64,000 bases of DNA from an uncultured Fidelibacterota bacterium (GTDB lineage Bacteria; Fidelibacterota; Marinisomatia; Marinisomatales; Marinisomataceae), in contig CACNXV010000002.1 in assembly GCA_902624575.1 (NCBI GenBank), forward strand, positions 14 through 64,013. The letters run 5' to 3'. Positions 19,841 to 29,293 of this stretch are shown piece after piece. The position numbers were made by a program, and so were the translations under genes. The first letter of the stretch is position 1. Each line of letters opens with the position of its first letter. The notes under the pieces were generated by a model. The model made no database searches. It was not told where the DNA came from and saw only the letters and a list, made by a program, of their open reading frames with translations.

Positions 19841-21066
19841 TGAATGATATATTTTTAGGAGTATTAGTTTTTTCAACAGTGATATTATCGCTGGTAATTA
19901 TTTTAAATGTTTTAGGAAATATTTTATTACCACAAGGCGAGGTAACACTATTAATTAACAATGATAGCGATAAATCAATTAAGGTTGATACTGGTGGAAC
20001 AGTCCTTTCAGCTTTGGCATCTCAAAATGTTTATCTTCCATCAGCATGCGGAGGACAGGGAACATGTGCACAATGTAAATGTCAAGTTGTTGAGGGTGGA
20101 GGAGATATCCTTCCAACTGAAGAAGCTTATATTTCAAGATCAGATCAAAAAGAAAATTGGAGATTAGGTTGTCAGGTTAAAATTAGAAATGATATGAAAA
20201 TTCAGGTTCCAGATGAAATTTTCAGCATAAGAAAATGGGATGCAGTTGTAAAGTCAAATGATAATGTAGCAACATTCATTAAAGAGCTTGTATTAGAATT
20301 ACCTGCAGATGACCCAATTCACTTTGAATCAGGTGGATATATACAAATTGATGTTCCAGCATATAAAGACATTGAATACAAGAATTTTGAGATTCAGGAT
20401 TTATATACAAGTGATTGGGACCAATTTGATGTATGGCAGTACACTGCTGAAAATACAGAGCCGGTCTTTAGAGCTTATTCTATGGCAAATCATCCTGCTG
20501 AAGGTAATATTATTATGCTAAATATCAGAATAGCCAGTCCACCACCAAATATGCCAAGCGTCCCTCCTGGTATTGCCTCATCTTATGTTTTTAACTTAAA
20601 GGCTGGGGATAATGTAACTGTTTCAGGACCTTATGGGGAGTTTCATATTAAGGACACGGAAAGAGAAATGGTTTACATTGGAGGTGGAGCAGGAATGGCA
20701 CCATTAAGATCTCATATTTTTCATTTATTGAAAACTGAAAAATCAAAAAGAAAGATTTCATTTTGGTATGGAGCAAGATCAGCTAAAGAGATGTTTTATG
20801 ACGAAGAATTTCAAGAGCTATCAGATGAATTTGATAATTTTACTTATCAAGTAGCACTGTCAGATCCTCTTCCTGAAGATAATTGGGAAGGTCCTACCGG
20901 TTTTATTCACCAAGTAGCATTAGATATGCATCTTGAGAATCATGAAGATCCAACAGAATGTGAGTATTATCTATGTGGTCCTCCAATGATGATTAGCGCT
21001 GTTCAAAAAATGCTTTGGGATCTAGGTGTTGAAGAAGATATGATTGCATATGATGACTTTGGCTAA
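19840..21066 (+). CDS. nqrF: Na+-NQR subunit F
   Basis: 408 aa. N-terminal TM helix, 2Fe-2S motif CGG.GTC.QCKC...C, FAD motif RAYS.AN, NAD-binding GGGAGMAP. Confidence 0.95.
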   Translation: MNDIFLGVLVFSTVILSLVIILNVLGNILLPQGEVTLLINNDSDKSIKVDTGGTVLSALASQNVYLPSACGGQGTCAQCKCQVVEGGGDILPTEEAYISRSDQKENWRLGCQVKIRNDMKIQVPDEIFSIRKWDAVVKSNDNVATFIKELVLELPADDPIHFESGGYIQIDVPAYKDIEYKNFEIQDLYTSDWDQFDVWQYTAENTEPVFRAYSMANHPAEGNIIMLNIRIASPPPNMPSVPPGIASSYVFNLKAGDNVTVSGPYGEFHIKDTEREMVYIGGGAGMAPLRSHIFHLLKTEKSKRKISFWYGARSAKEMFYDEEFQELSDEFDNFTYQVALSDPLPEDNWEGPTGFIHQVALDMHLENHEDPTECEYYLCGPPMMISAVQKMLWDLGVEEDMIAYDDFG

Positions 21067-22069
21067 GAGATTATTATTTTTTTCAATTATATTTTTGACA
21101 TCTTGTTCAAGCTTAACTAAAGAAGTTAATACTTTAGATATAATCAGTTTGACAGGAAATACTATGGGCACTACTTATAGTATTAAATATTCTTCTTCAA
21201 AAAAAAATAATAGCGAAGTCCTATCAAACAAAAAGAAAATTGATGATATGTTGAAAGAGATCAATATACAAATGTCAACCTACATTCCTGAAAGTGAAAT
21301 ATCACAATTCAATTCATATAAAAGTACTAATTGGTTTAATATTTCAAGCGACTTTAATTATGTGGTTTTAGAATCTTTTGAATATTACAAACTTTCAAAC
21401 GGTGGTTATGACATTACTGTTCAACCTCTTGTTAATTTGTGGGGATTTGGTCCCGATAAATTTTTATATCCCCCAAGCAAAACTGAAATTGATAGCGTGA
21501 AACAGTTTATTGGACAGAATTTGATTGAAGTAGAGGGCGGTAAAATAAGAAAAAAAGATCCGCGAGTTCAAATAGATTTGAGTTCCATTGCGAAAGGATT
21601 TGCTGTGGATAAGATTTTTGATTTTTTAAAAAAATATGAAGATATATTTGTAGAAATAGGCGGTGAAATCAGAACAAAGTCAACAAATAAAAGTTGGAAG
21701 ATTGGTATAACCTCTCCTTCAATTGATAATATTTCAAATGACATTGAAAAAATAATTACTCTTGATAATATGTCGATGGCAACTTCTGGCAATTACAGAA
21801 ATTTTTTTATTTTTGATGATAATTTTTATCATCACGAAATTGATACTAGAACAGGAAGTCCAATTCAGTCAAATATTGGTTCAATTTCAATAATTTCTAC
21901 AACTTCTTGCATGGATGCTGACGCTTTGTCTACAATGTTCTATACAATGTCACCAGAAGAAATTTCAGAAATTGTTGAAGAAGATGATAATATTGAGTCT
22001 TTTATAATATTATTAAATGATGATGAAAGTTATAAAAAAGTTCTATCTAAAAACTTTCCAGATAGTTAA
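21044..22069 (+). CDS. apbE: FAD:protein FMN transferase (flavin transferase for NqrB/NqrC), lipoprotein
   Basis: 341 aa. Lipobox FLTSC, MGT.YSI motif and SIAKGFAVD motif. Sits directly downstream of nqrF. Start is ambiguous (ATG at 21044, 21050 or 21053). Confidence 0.85.
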   Translation: MHMMTLAKRLLFFSIIFLTSCSSLTKEVNTLDIISLTGNTMGTTYSIKYSSSKKNNSEVLSNKKKIDDMLKEINIQMSTYIPESEISQFNSYKSTNWFNISSDFNYVVLESFEYYKLSNGGYDITVQPLVNLWGFGPDKFLYPPSKTEIDSVKQFIGQNLIEVEGGKIRKKDPRVQIDLSSIAKGFAVDKIFDFLKKYEDIFVEIGGEIRTKSTNKSWKIGITSPSIDNISNDIEKIITLDNMSMATSGNYRNFFIFDDNFYHHEIDTRTGSPIQSNIGSISIISTTSCMDADALSTMFYTMSPEEISEIVEEDDNIESFIILLNDDESYKKVLSKNFPDS

Positions 22070-22230
22070 ATATTTGTTTCGCACTTATCTGGTTCTCCAC
22101 CACATATTTCACATCCGTCTGGTGAGTCACCACATGCCTTTTTTAGGGGCTTATTTTTTAATATTAGACCTAAATTCATAGCTAGCATTGATAGTGCCAC
22201 AATTATTAAAACTGGTAGTAATGTTTCCAT
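22066..22230 (-). CDS. nqrM: NqrM-like (DUF539-type) Na+-NQR maturation protein
   Basis: Not in the ORF track. Hand translation of the - strand gives 54 aa: METLLPVLIIVALSMLAMNLGLILKNKPLKKACGDSPDGCEICGGEPDKCETNI. One TM helix, a basic linker and four Cys, matching the NqrM architecture as I recall it. Its stop codon overlaps the apbE stop. Confidence 0.55.
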   Translation of the reverse strand: METLLPVLIIVALSMLAMNLGLILKNKPLKKACGDSPDGCEICGGEPDKCETNI

Positions 22231-22298
22231 ATAATAATTTAAAATAATTCGTACGATTTTAATAATTATTTCATTCCTTTTTAATTAAATTACGCCCT

Positions 22299-23612
22299 AT
22301 GGAATTATTAAATCATCCAGTTGGCATTATTTCTATCTTGTTATTTGTAATAGCTTATGCTTTTGTAATGACGGAAGAGTTGACTCATTTAAGAAAGTCT
22401 AAGCCCGTTATGTTTGCTGCGGGAATTATTTGGGCTATGATTGCATGGGTTGGAGTTCAGACAGGAGACTCTTATGCAGTTAAAAAAGAGATTATGCATG
22501 CATTCGATGAGTTTAATCAATTAATGCTCTTTCTTTTAGTTGCTATGACTTATATAAATTCAATGTCTGAGAGAAATGTTTTTGAGAAATTAAGATCTAT
22601 TTTATTATCACAAAATTTTTCTTATAAAAAACTATTTTGGATAACCGGATTTATCTCATTTTTTCTTTCACCAATCGCAGATAATCTTACTACAGCATTA
22701 ACAATGTGTGCTGTTGTATTAGCTGTTGGAAAAGGAAATAAAAATTTCACGAGTATCAGTTGTGTTAATATTGTAGTTGCTGCAAATGCAGGTGGAGCCT
22801 TTAGTCCTTTTGGCGATATAACTACATTGATGGTTTGGCAGGCAGGGTATGTAGAATTCACTCAATTTTTTAAATTATTTTTACCCTCACTTGTAAACTT
22901 CATTGTACCTGCTTTTATTATGAGTTTTTATATCAAAGGCTCAGCAGAAGATGTTGAAAATCCACCAGTAATTTTGAAGCAAGGTGCAGTTATTATTAGT
23001 GTATTATTTTTGGTAACAATTACATTAGCAATTTCATTTAAAAACTTTCTAAATCTTCCTCCTGTTTTTGGCATGATGACAGGGCTAAGTTTATTGCAAC
23101 TATTTGGTTATTATTTAAAGAGATCTCATTCTGCATCAAACAAGATTAACCGAGATGGCTCTGATCAACCGTTTGGTATTTTTAAACAAATTGCGCAAGC
23201 TGAGTGGGATACTCTATTCTTTTTCTATGGTGTTATAATGTGTGTTGCTGGATTATCAAAAATTGGATATTTATCCTTATTAAACACATCACTTTATGAT
23301 GGTCTTGGTTTTACAGTAGCAAATTCACTTATGGGAATTATTTCAGCATTAATTGATAATATTCCTGTTATGTTTTCTGTAATCCAAATGCATGATACAA
23401 CTACAATGGATTTAAACCAATGGTTATTAATAACTTTAACTGCTGGAGTTGGTGGCAGTTTGCTTTCAATTGGATCAGCACCTGGTGTTGCTTTAATGGG
23501 TCAAGCCAAAGGTGTTTATACGTTTTCGAGCCATTTAAGATGGACAGGAGTAATATTTATTGGTTATGTACTTAGTATTTTAGTTCATTTACTATTATCG
23601 GGAATTATTTAA
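22299..23612 (+). CDS. nhaD: NhaD-type Na+/H+ antiporter (ArsB/NhaD permease superfamily)
   Basis: 437 aa, polytopic. FSPFGDITTLMVWQ motif and the overall pattern resemble NhaD. Confidence 0.75.
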   Translation: MELLNHPVGIISILLFVIAYAFVMTEELTHLRKSKPVMFAAGIIWAMIAWVGVQTGDSYAVKKEIMHAFDEFNQLMLFLLVAMTYINSMSERNVFEKLRSILLSQNFSYKKLFWITGFISFFLSPIADNLTTALTMCAVVLAVGKGNKNFTSISCVNIVVAANAGGAFSPFGDITTLMVWQAGYVEFTQFFKLFLPSLVNFIVPAFIMSFYIKGSAEDVENPPVILKQGAVIISVLFLVTITLAISFKNFLNLPPVFGMMTGLSLLQLFGYYLKRSHSASNKINRDGSDQPFGIFKQIAQAEWDTLFFFYGVIMCVAGLSKIGYLSLLNTSLYDGLGFTVANSLMGIISALIDNIPVMFSVIQMHDTTTMDLNQWLLITLTAGVGGSLLSIGSAPGVALMGQAKGVYTFSSHLRWTGVIFIGYVLSILVHLLLSGII

Positions 23613-24151
23613 TGAGAATCACAAAAGTTACTACCCGAACTGGAGATAAAGGAAAAACTGGTCTTGCAACTGGAGAGAAGGTATTTAAAAGTGACAAGAT
23701 TATATCTGCATTAGGCGATGTTGATGAGTTAAGCAGTATAATTGGGGTATGTGTAAATAGTTGCAGAGATTCTGAAACAATAAAATTTTTAAATAAAATA
23801 CAAAACAATTTATTTGATATTGGTGGACAAATTTCATTGAATTCTTTCGATAATTCTATAATCAATGAGAAAATGATTACTGATCTTGACAATCAAATAG
23901 ATATCTTGAATTCTGAACTAGATCCTTTAAAAGAATTCATCCTCCCTGGTGGAGACTCTTTTTCTTCAAATATTCATATTGCACGTTCAGTTACTAGAAG
24001 AGCAGAAAGAACTACAGTTGATCTTTATTCTGAATCTCTAAATGATAACCCTGTAATTATGTATTTGAATCGGTTGTCAGATTATTTTTTTGTTTTATCA
24101 AGGAACTATAATAAAAAAAATAATATATCTGAAACAACCTGGAAAAGATAA
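23612..24151 (+). CDS. PduO-type ATP:cob(I)alamin adenosyltransferase
   Basis: 179 aa. N-terminal T(R)TGDKG.TGL, GDVDEL and F.LPGG motifs. TAATG coupling to nhaD. Confidence 0.85.
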   Translation: MRITKVTTRTGDKGKTGLATGEKVFKSDKIISALGDVDELSSIIGVCVNSCRDSETIKFLNKIQNNLFDIGGQISLNSFDNSIINEKMITDLDNQIDILNSELDPLKEFILPGGDSFSSNIHIARSVTRRAERTTVDLYSESLNDNPVIMYLNRLSDYFFVLSRNYNKKNNISETTWKR

Positions 24152-24153
24152 AA

Positions 24154-25140
24154 ATGAATTTTATAGATATAAAAAATATTATAGATAAACATCACAAAAT
24201 TTTCATTTCATCTCATATAAATCCAGATGGTGATAGTATGGGTTCTGCTTATGCAATGTATAAGTATTTGGATGCACTAGGAAAAGATTGCATGATTATA
24301 AATCATTCTCCAGTTCCAGAAACATATCATTTCTTAAATAAAGAAAAAATTTTTTCAGAACTTGACGGTGAATCAGCAGCTTTTATTAAAAATGCAGATC
24401 TTGGATTAGTGTTAGATATTGGTGATTTTTACAGAATGGGTGATTTAGCTTATCTTGTTGAAGAAAATGAAATTGAAACTTTAAGTATTGATCATCACAT
24501 AAAGTCCTCAAATGATCTTTTTACTAATGAATATATAAACACTAATGCTTGTTCTGTTGGTGAAATTATATATTCTTTCCTATCTGAGGTGGACAGTAAT
24601 TTAATAAATACAGAAATAATGCTTGGAATCTATGTTGCTGTTTTGACGGATACGGGTTCTTTTAGGCATAGTAATACTACTGATATTAGCCATCAAATTG
24701 CTGTTGACGCAATCAAGATGGGGTTAAATATTTCAAAAATTTACCAGGATATTTATGAAAACTCTTCAAGGAGCAGAATCAAATTACTGGGCAAAGTAAT
24801 TAATAACTTAAATTTTGAATGTGGAGGAAAACTTGTATGGTTTTCCTTAAATCATGATATGATTAAAGAAGTCAATGGAACAAAGCATGATTTTGATGGT
24901 TTTACAGACTTTTTTAGAGGTATAAAAGGAGTAGAAGTATCAGTAATGCTTTATGATTTACAAGGTAAAGTTCGAATGAGCTTTCGTTCAAAAGGAAACT
25001 TTAAAGTTAGTGAAATTGCAAAGAAAATGGGTGGAGGTGGTCATCCTTTTGCAGCTGCTGCTTTAGTAGAAGGTGAATTTTCAGATGTAAAATCAACCGT
25101 ATTAAACTTGATGTCAACTTATATAAATAAAGAAAAATGA
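24154..25140 (+). CDS. nrnA: DHH/DHHA1 phosphoesterase (NrnA-like nanoRNase / pAp phosphatase)
   Basis: 328 aa. H.NPDGDS.GS, D.G, the DHH triad (IDHH), and the DHHA1 motif GGGHPFAAA. Confidence 0.75.
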   Translation: MNFIDIKNIIDKHHKIFISSHINPDGDSMGSAYAMYKYLDALGKDCMIINHSPVPETYHFLNKEKIFSELDGESAAFIKNADLGLVLDIGDFYRMGDLAYLVEENEIETLSIDHHIKSSNDLFTNEYINTNACSVGEIIYSFLSEVDSNLINTEIMLGIYVAVLTDTGSFRHSNTTDISHQIAVDAIKMGLNISKIYQDIYENSSRSRIKLLGKVINNLNFECGGKLVWFSLNHDMIKEVNGTKHDFDGFTDFFRGIKGVEVSVMLYDLQGKVRMSFRSKGNFKVSEIAKKMGGGGHPFAAAALVEGEFSDVKSTVLNLMSTYINKEK

Positions 25141-26021
25141 AAATTATATTAGCAAAAGGTTCCGGTTATTGTTTTGGTGTAAGGGATGCAGTCAAAAGTG
25201 CATACGATATGAGTGAGAAATATGGAGAAGTTTATATGCTTGGAGATATTGTTCACAATGAAAGTGTTGTAAATGACCTTGAGGAAAAAGGCGTAAAGGT
25301 TGTTGAAAAACTAGAACAAATTCCAAAAGATAAGCCTGTTCTTTTTAGAGCGCATGGGACATCAAAGAGCGTCTGGAAAGAAGCAGAAGAAAGAAAGATG
25401 AATATAATTGATGCAACATGTCCATTAGTTCACGAAATACACAGAGATGTTAAAGAATTAGAAGAAGACGGAAGAAAAATAATTATTATAGGAGATCACG
25501 GACACGACGAAGTCGTTGGAATCGCAAGCCAGGTTAAAAATGCTGTAATTATATCCAATGTTGATGAGGCGAATGCTTTTAGAAAAACAAAAAAAGCTGG
25601 TATCGTAAGTCAATCAACTCAAACTATTGAGAATGTTCAGGAGATAATTAATATTTTAATGACAAAAGTTTTTGACTTAAGATTTGTGAATACAATTTGC
25701 TTCCCTACAAAAAGAAATCAAGAACAAATAAAAGAGCTTTCAAAAATAACTGACCTTATGATTATAATAGGCTCTTTTACAAGCGCAAATTCAAAAAGAT
25801 TAACAGAATTGAGCCTTGAAAGAAACAAAAAAACTCATCAAGTGACAAATGCAACAGAAATTGATTCCAAATGGTTTACAAATGATTTAAATTCTGTTGG
25901 AATTTCTGCTGGAGCTTCAACTCCAGACTGGATTATCGAATCAGTAATAAAAAAAATCAGAGAAATCACAAATACATACGAAGAGGAAATTATTTATGAC
26001 AAAAGACACTTTCAAAGTTAA
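25137..26021 (+). CDS. ispH: 4-hydroxy-3-methylbut-2-enyl diphosphate reductase
   Basis: 294 aa. G.C.GV, the HNE motif (IVHNE), ATCP.V, SQST, the NTIC cysteine context and SANS..L motifs. Confidence 0.9.
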   Translation: MKIILAKGSGYCFGVRDAVKSAYDMSEKYGEVYMLGDIVHNESVVNDLEEKGVKVVEKLEQIPKDKPVLFRAHGTSKSVWKEAEERKMNIIDATCPLVHEIHRDVKELEEDGRKIIIIGDHGHDEVVGIASQVKNAVIISNVDEANAFRKTKKAGIVSQSTQTIENVQEIINILMTKVFDLRFVNTICFPTKRNQEQIKELSKITDLMIIIGSFTSANSKRLTELSLERNKKTHQVTNATEIDSKWFTNDLNSVGISAGASTPDWIIESVIKKIREITNTYEEEIIYDKRHFQS

Positions 26022-26868
26022 AGTAGGACTCGCTGAAATGTTAAAAGGCGGGGTAATTATGGACGTAACAAATGTTGAGCAAGCAAAAATAGCCGAAGAT
26101 GCTGGAGCTGTATCGGTTATGGCTTTAGAAAGAATTCCATCAGATATTAGAAAAGATGGTGGAGTTGCTAGAATGAGTAACCCACATATGATTAAAGAAA
26201 TCCAGGATAATGTTTCAATTCCTGTCATGGCAAAATGCAGAATTGGACATTTTGCTGAAGCTCAAATTCTTGAAGCACTTGAGGTTGATTTTATAGATGA
26301 GAGTGAAGTGTTAACAATGGCAGATGAACATTTCCATGTTGATAAACATCCATTTAAAGTCCCTTTTGTTTGTGGAGCTAGAAATTTAGGAGAGGCTTTA
26401 AGAAGAGTTCATGAAGGAGCTGCGTTAATAAGAACTAAAGGAGAAGCAGGTAGTGGAAATATTGTTGAAGCAGTAAGACATATGAAAATGATTACTTCTC
26501 AAATACTTGAATTAAAATCTGCTGATTTATCAAAAAAAGCGGAAGAATTTAGAGTACCACTTGAACTTGTTGAACAAGTAGAAAAAAATCAAAAACTTCC
26601 TGTTCCAAATTTTGCTGCTGGTGGGATAGCGACTCCTGCAGACGCATCTTTAATGATGCAATTAGGTGCAGAGACCGTTTTTGTAGGTTCTGGTATCTTT
26701 AAGAGTCAAGATCCATCTGAAAGAGCTCATGCAATCGTTAAATCTGTTGCTCATTATCACAATGCAAAAGATGTTTTAGTTGCTTCTTATGACTTAAAAG
26801 ATGCTATGAAGGGTATTCTAATGTCAGATATTCCTGAAGAAGAAAAATTTTCCAATAGAGGAGATTAA
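25996..26868 (+). CDS. pdxS: pyridoxal 5'-phosphate synthase, lyase subunit
   Basis: 290 aa. Near-canonical [42 protein letters not shown]. Overlaps the ispH end by 26 nt. Confidence 0.95.
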   Translation: MTKDTFKVKVGLAEMLKGGVIMDVTNVEQAKIAEDAGAVSVMALERIPSDIRKDGGVARMSNPHMIKEIQDNVSIPVMAKCRIGHFAEAQILEALEVDFIDESEVLTMADEHFHVDKHPFKVPFVCGARNLGEALRRVHEGAALIRTKGEAGSGNIVEAVRHMKMITSQILELKSADLSKKAEEFRVPLELVEQVEKNQKLPVPNFAAGGIATPADASLMMQLGAETVFVGSGIFKSQDPSERAHAIVKSVAHYHNAKDVLVASYDLKDAMKGILMSDIPEEEKFSNRGD

Positions 26869-26870
26869 TA

Positions 26871-27434
26871 ATGATTGGGGTCCTTGCACTTCAAGGTAAC
26901 TTTCAATCACATCTAAATATATTAGAAAAAATTAATTTAGAGTCATTGCTTGTTAAAAAAAGTGAGGATCTTAATAGAGTTAGTGGTCTAATTATTCCTG
27001 GAGGAGAATCAACTACCATGAGTAAGCTTCTTGTGAATTCAAATCTCGACAAAAAGGTTAAGGAGTTTTCAAAAAAAAATCCCATTCTAGGCACTTGCGC
27101 TGGTGCTATTATCATGAGTAAAAATTCATCAGATAAAAGAGTGCTAAATCTTGGATTGCTAGATATGGACATTGATAGAAATGCTTATGGAAGACAAGTT
27201 TTTTCATTTTCTGATCAGATAAAAATTATTGACGGCGAAAATAAAAGTAATTGCGAAGTCCTTTTCATTAGGGCCCCAAAAATCATTAATGTTGGAAATA
27301 ATTGTGATGTTTTTGCTTTCAGAAATGATGAAGTTGTAGGTGTAAAACAAGGTAAGCATTTTGCTATTACTTGTCATCCTGAATTAATGGGCAATACAAA
27401 AATTCATGAAATGTGTTTTAAGAAAAATAGATGA
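26871..27434 (+). CDS. pdxT: pyridoxal 5'-phosphate synthase, glutaminase subunit
   Basis: 187 aa. IGVLALQG, PGGEST, GTCAG catalytic Cys, FIRAP and HPE motifs. Confidence 0.9.
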   Translation: MIGVLALQGNFQSHLNILEKINLESLLVKKSEDLNRVSGLIIPGGESTTMSKLLVNSNLDKKVKEFSKKNPILGTCAGAIIMSKNSSDKRVLNLGLLDMDIDRNAYGRQVFSFSDQIKIIDGENKSNCEVLFIRAPKIINVGNNCDVFAFRNDEVVGVKQGKHFAITCHPELMGNTKIHEMCFKKNR

Positions 27435-29293
27435 AGTATTTAGATAAAATTAATAATCCAAAAGATTTAAAGAAAATACCGGTTGGTGAACTAGCTGAGG
27501 TATGTGATGAATTACGAAAATATATAATTGACACAATAAATCAGATAGGAGGACATTTAGCGCCAACTCTTGGGACCATTGAATTAACCACAGCAGTTCA
27601 TTATGTTTTTGATGCTCCAAAAGATAAAATTGTGTGGGATACGGGTCATCAGGCTTATGCCCATAAGGTTTTAACAGGTAGATTTTCAGAATTTCCAACG
27701 ATAAGAAAGTATAAAGGCTTAAGTGGTTTTTTGAAACGTTCAGAAAGTGAATACGATATTTTTGGTGCTGGTCATGCATCAACTTCAATATCTGCTGCAC
27801 TTGGTATAGCATCAGCAAGAAACCTTAATAATGATGATTATAAAGTTGTAAGTATAATTGGAGATGGAGCTCTGTCTGGTGGACTTGCTTTTGAAGCATT
27901 GAATAATGCAGGTAATGTTAGGAAGCAATTACTTGTTATTGTAAACGATAATGATATGTCAATTAGCCCCAATTTAGGTGCTTTTAGAAATTATCTGGTG
28001 AAGATTGCTACTAATAAAAAATACAATCAAATAAGAAAGTGGGTTTATCGTTCTATTAAAAGATTTCCAAGCAAATTTTTCGTAAATATTTTAAGAAAAA
28101 CGGAAGCCAGTGCTAAAAAGTTTTTCTTTCCAACAACAATTTTTGAAGATTTAGGATTCAGATATTTTGGACCAATTGATGGACATAATATTGAAGAACT
28201 AATAGATGTCCTTGAAAAAATCAAAGATTTAGATAAGCCAGTTGTATTACATACAATAACAAAAAAAGGTAAAGGGTTAGATTACGCAGAAGATGATCCT
28301 GTGAAATTTCATGGAGTAAAAGAGAAAAAAGATACTTCAAAGAAAAAATCTTCCATACCGATATACCAAAATGCTTTTGGAGAAATTGTTTGCGATTTAG
28401 CAGAAAATAATGAAAGTATAGTTACGATCACTGCTGCTATGAAAGAAGGAACAGGCCTAGTTGATTTTTCAAAAAAATTTCCAAATAGATTTTTTGATGT
28501 AGGAATTGCGGAAGGACATGCTGTTACATTTAGTGGTGGTTTATCAGTAAATAATAAAACTCCTATTGTTGCAATTTATTCTACATTTTTACAAAGAGCT
28601 TTTGACCATATCATTCATGATATATCTCTTCAAAAACTTCCTGTAATTTTTTGTTTAGATAGATCAGGGCTTGTTGGTGAGGATGGTGCTACGCATCATG
28701 GAGTTTTAGATATATCATATTTAAGATGTATCCAAAATATAATTGTCTCAGCTCCTAAAGATGGGAATGAGCTGAGAGATTTGATTTTTACTGCTACCAA
28801 AAATAAAAATACACCATTTACTATTCGTTATCCAAAAGAAGAATGCATCAATTTCGATAATCAAGATGCTAAAATCATTGAAATTGGATCTTGGGATGTT
28901 GAAAAAAGTGGAGATGATGTGCTGGTTTTGGCTGTTGGATCGATGGTAAAAAGAGCTTCTGAAGCAGCAAACTTACTTGTAAATCAAGGAGTTTCATGTG
29001 AGGTAGTCAATTGTAGATTCATAAAACCAATGGATAAAAACTTTTTGAAAAATGCTTTTAATAAATTTGATAGAGTTGTTACTATTGAAGAAGGAGTTGT
29101 CGATGGAGGTTTTGGTGAAGGTGTAATTGCGTGGGCTAAAAAATTTAATTTAAAAAATTCAATTATAAATATCGGAATACCAGGAGAATTTATTGATCAT
29201 GGACCTAGAAATATTTTACTTAAAGAAGTTGGACTTGATAGTTCCTCATTAGCCGAAAAAATTATAAATTTTATGAGAAAACCGAATGAGTAA
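27431..29293 (+). CDS. dxs: 1-deoxy-D-xylulose-5-phosphate synthase
   Basis: 620 aa. GGHL...LG..EL, WD.GHQ.Y.HK.LTGR, the GDGA.. ThDP motif, and DRSGLVG.DG.TH.G. Confidence 0.95.
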   Translation: MKYLDKINNPKDLKKIPVGELAEVCDELRKYIIDTINQIGGHLAPTLGTIELTTAVHYVFDAPKDKIVWDTGHQAYAHKVLTGRFSEFPTIRKYKGLSGFLKRSESEYDIFGAGHASTSISAALGIASARNLNNDDYKVVSIIGDGALSGGLAFEALNNAGNVRKQLLVIVNDNDMSISPNLGAFRNYLVKIATNKKYNQIRKWVYRSIKRFPSKFFVNILRKTEASAKKFFFPTTIFEDLGFRYFGPIDGHNIEELIDVLEKIKDLDKPVVLHTITKKGKGLDYAEDDPVKFHGVKEKKDTSKKKSSIPIYQNAFGEIVCDLAENNESIVTITAAMKEGTGLVDFSKKFPNRFFDVGIAEGHAVTFSGGLSVNNKTPIVAIYSTFLQRAFDHIIHDISLQKLPVIFCLDRSGLVGEDGATHHGVLDISYLRCIQNIIVSAPKDGNELRDLIFTATKNKNTPFTIRYPKEECINFDNQDAKIIEIGSWDVEKSGDDVLVLAVGSMVKRASEAANLLVNQGVSCEVVNCRFIKPMDKNFLKNAFNKFDRVVTIEEGVVDGGFGEGVIAWAKKFNLKNSIINIGIPGEFIDHGPRNILLKEVGLDSSSLAEKIINFMRKPNE

